From contig VRMN01000015.1 of NCBI GenBank assembly GCA_008690995.1, forward strand, positions 297,019 to 317,018: DNA of 20,000 bases, read 5' to 3'. Source of the stretch: Porphyridium purpureum. Lineage: Eukaryota. Below the pieces are notes generated by a model, which was given only the letters and a program-made list of their open reading frames with translations, made no database searches and had not been told where the DNA came from. The translations under genes and the position numbers were made by a program. Below are positions 19,397-20,000 of the stretch, in pieces; the stretch's first letter is position 1; each line of letters begins with the position of its first letter.

Positions 19397-20000
19397 CTAC
19401 TGCTGCATGGCCTCCTCGTCTAGCTTGCTGAGCTCGTCAAACATGGCCCCAAGCGCCCATCCCAGCTCGACGCCTTTGATTTTGCTGACGACATGGATCT
19501 TGATCGTCTCATCAAACTCCGGAATGCCGTGCCCCTTATGCAGATGCGAGTGGATAAAGGCCAGGTCAAAACACAGGTCGACGCCCTGCCCGTTTGCAAT
19601 GTGCGGATACGCCTTGTTGACGGCCTCTTTGGTCATTGAGCAAACTTCGTCGCCCTTGCGGCGCAGGTCCGCTAGCGTGATGGGTGACGTTAACCCGATG
19701 TCCACTGTGCGCTCCATATAGAACGCGAACGCCACGTACTCCTTGATGGGCTGCGGCTGGAACTTGGCTCCGTACGTGCACAGCCCGCACGTGCAGTTAC
19801 CCGCGTCCTTGCCGAGCACCGAGTCAATCAGCTCCTCGCACTCCTTGAATGCACCAGTGCCAGTCATTTGCTCGACCTTGGAGGCAAACGGAATTTCGAC
19901 CTCCTGAGCGCCCTTGCTCAAGCATGGGTTTGAATCGCGCCGATTCATGGCAACCAGCTTAGTCATCATGTCGGCCTTGGCCTTCTTGAGACCGTATCCA
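19397..20000 (-). CDS. Apyrase / NTPDase (GDA1/CD39 family), C-terminal part; 5' end lies outside the window
   Basis: The frame is open to the window edge (GYGLKKAKADMMTK...). It has GYGL, NPCL, the conserved Cys pattern, LCFDLAFIHSHLHKGHG and ACR5 ELGWALGA. Confidence 0.9.
   Translation of the reverse strand, partial: GYGLKKAKADMMTKLVAMNRRDSNPCLSKGAQEVEIPFASKVEQMTGTGAFKECEELIDSVLGKDAGNCTCGLCTYGAKFQPQPIKEYVAFAFYMERTVDIGLTSPITLADLRRKGDEVCSMTKEAVNKAYPHIANGQGVDLCFDLAFIHSHLHKGHGIPEFDETIKIHVVSKIKGVELGWALGAMFDELSKLDEEAMQQ

Noticed and set aside
1983..20000. A functional gene cluster (DENN, GT-like, GH20-like, apyrase as a glycosylation/trafficking module)
   Set aside because: The genes are interspersed with unrelated housekeeping genes (RPE, TIM9), and eukaryotic adjacency alone gives no evidence of co-function.

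Overview
Eukaryotic, GC-rich, gene-dense window with essentially no introns. The compact intronless genes, an MAAAFV-type plastid transit peptide and H-x4-H C2H2 fingers suggest a unicellular red alga such as Porphyridium (inference). Well-supported genes are a DENN-domain Rab GEF (+), an 819-codon coiled-coil/helical protein (-, possibly ATRIP-like), an ankyrin-repeat/GH20 hexosaminidase-like fusion (+, apparently catalytically dead), a two-finger C2H2 transcription factor (+), plastid ribulose-phosphate 3-epimerase (+), Tim9 (-) and the 3' half of a GDA1/CD39 apyrase (-). An unknown ORF runs off the left edge. Non-coding and decayed elements are a perfect 7x16-bp tandem repeat, a dense cluster of TGGACAC motifs with two identically spaced dyads upstream of the zinc-finger gene, a probable decayed glycosyltransferase-like pseudogene and a possible decayed retroelement integrase. 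There is no prokaryote-style system such as CRISPR or an operon. The best novelty candidates are the ankyrin-GH20 pseudoenzyme and the TGGACAC dyad cluster.
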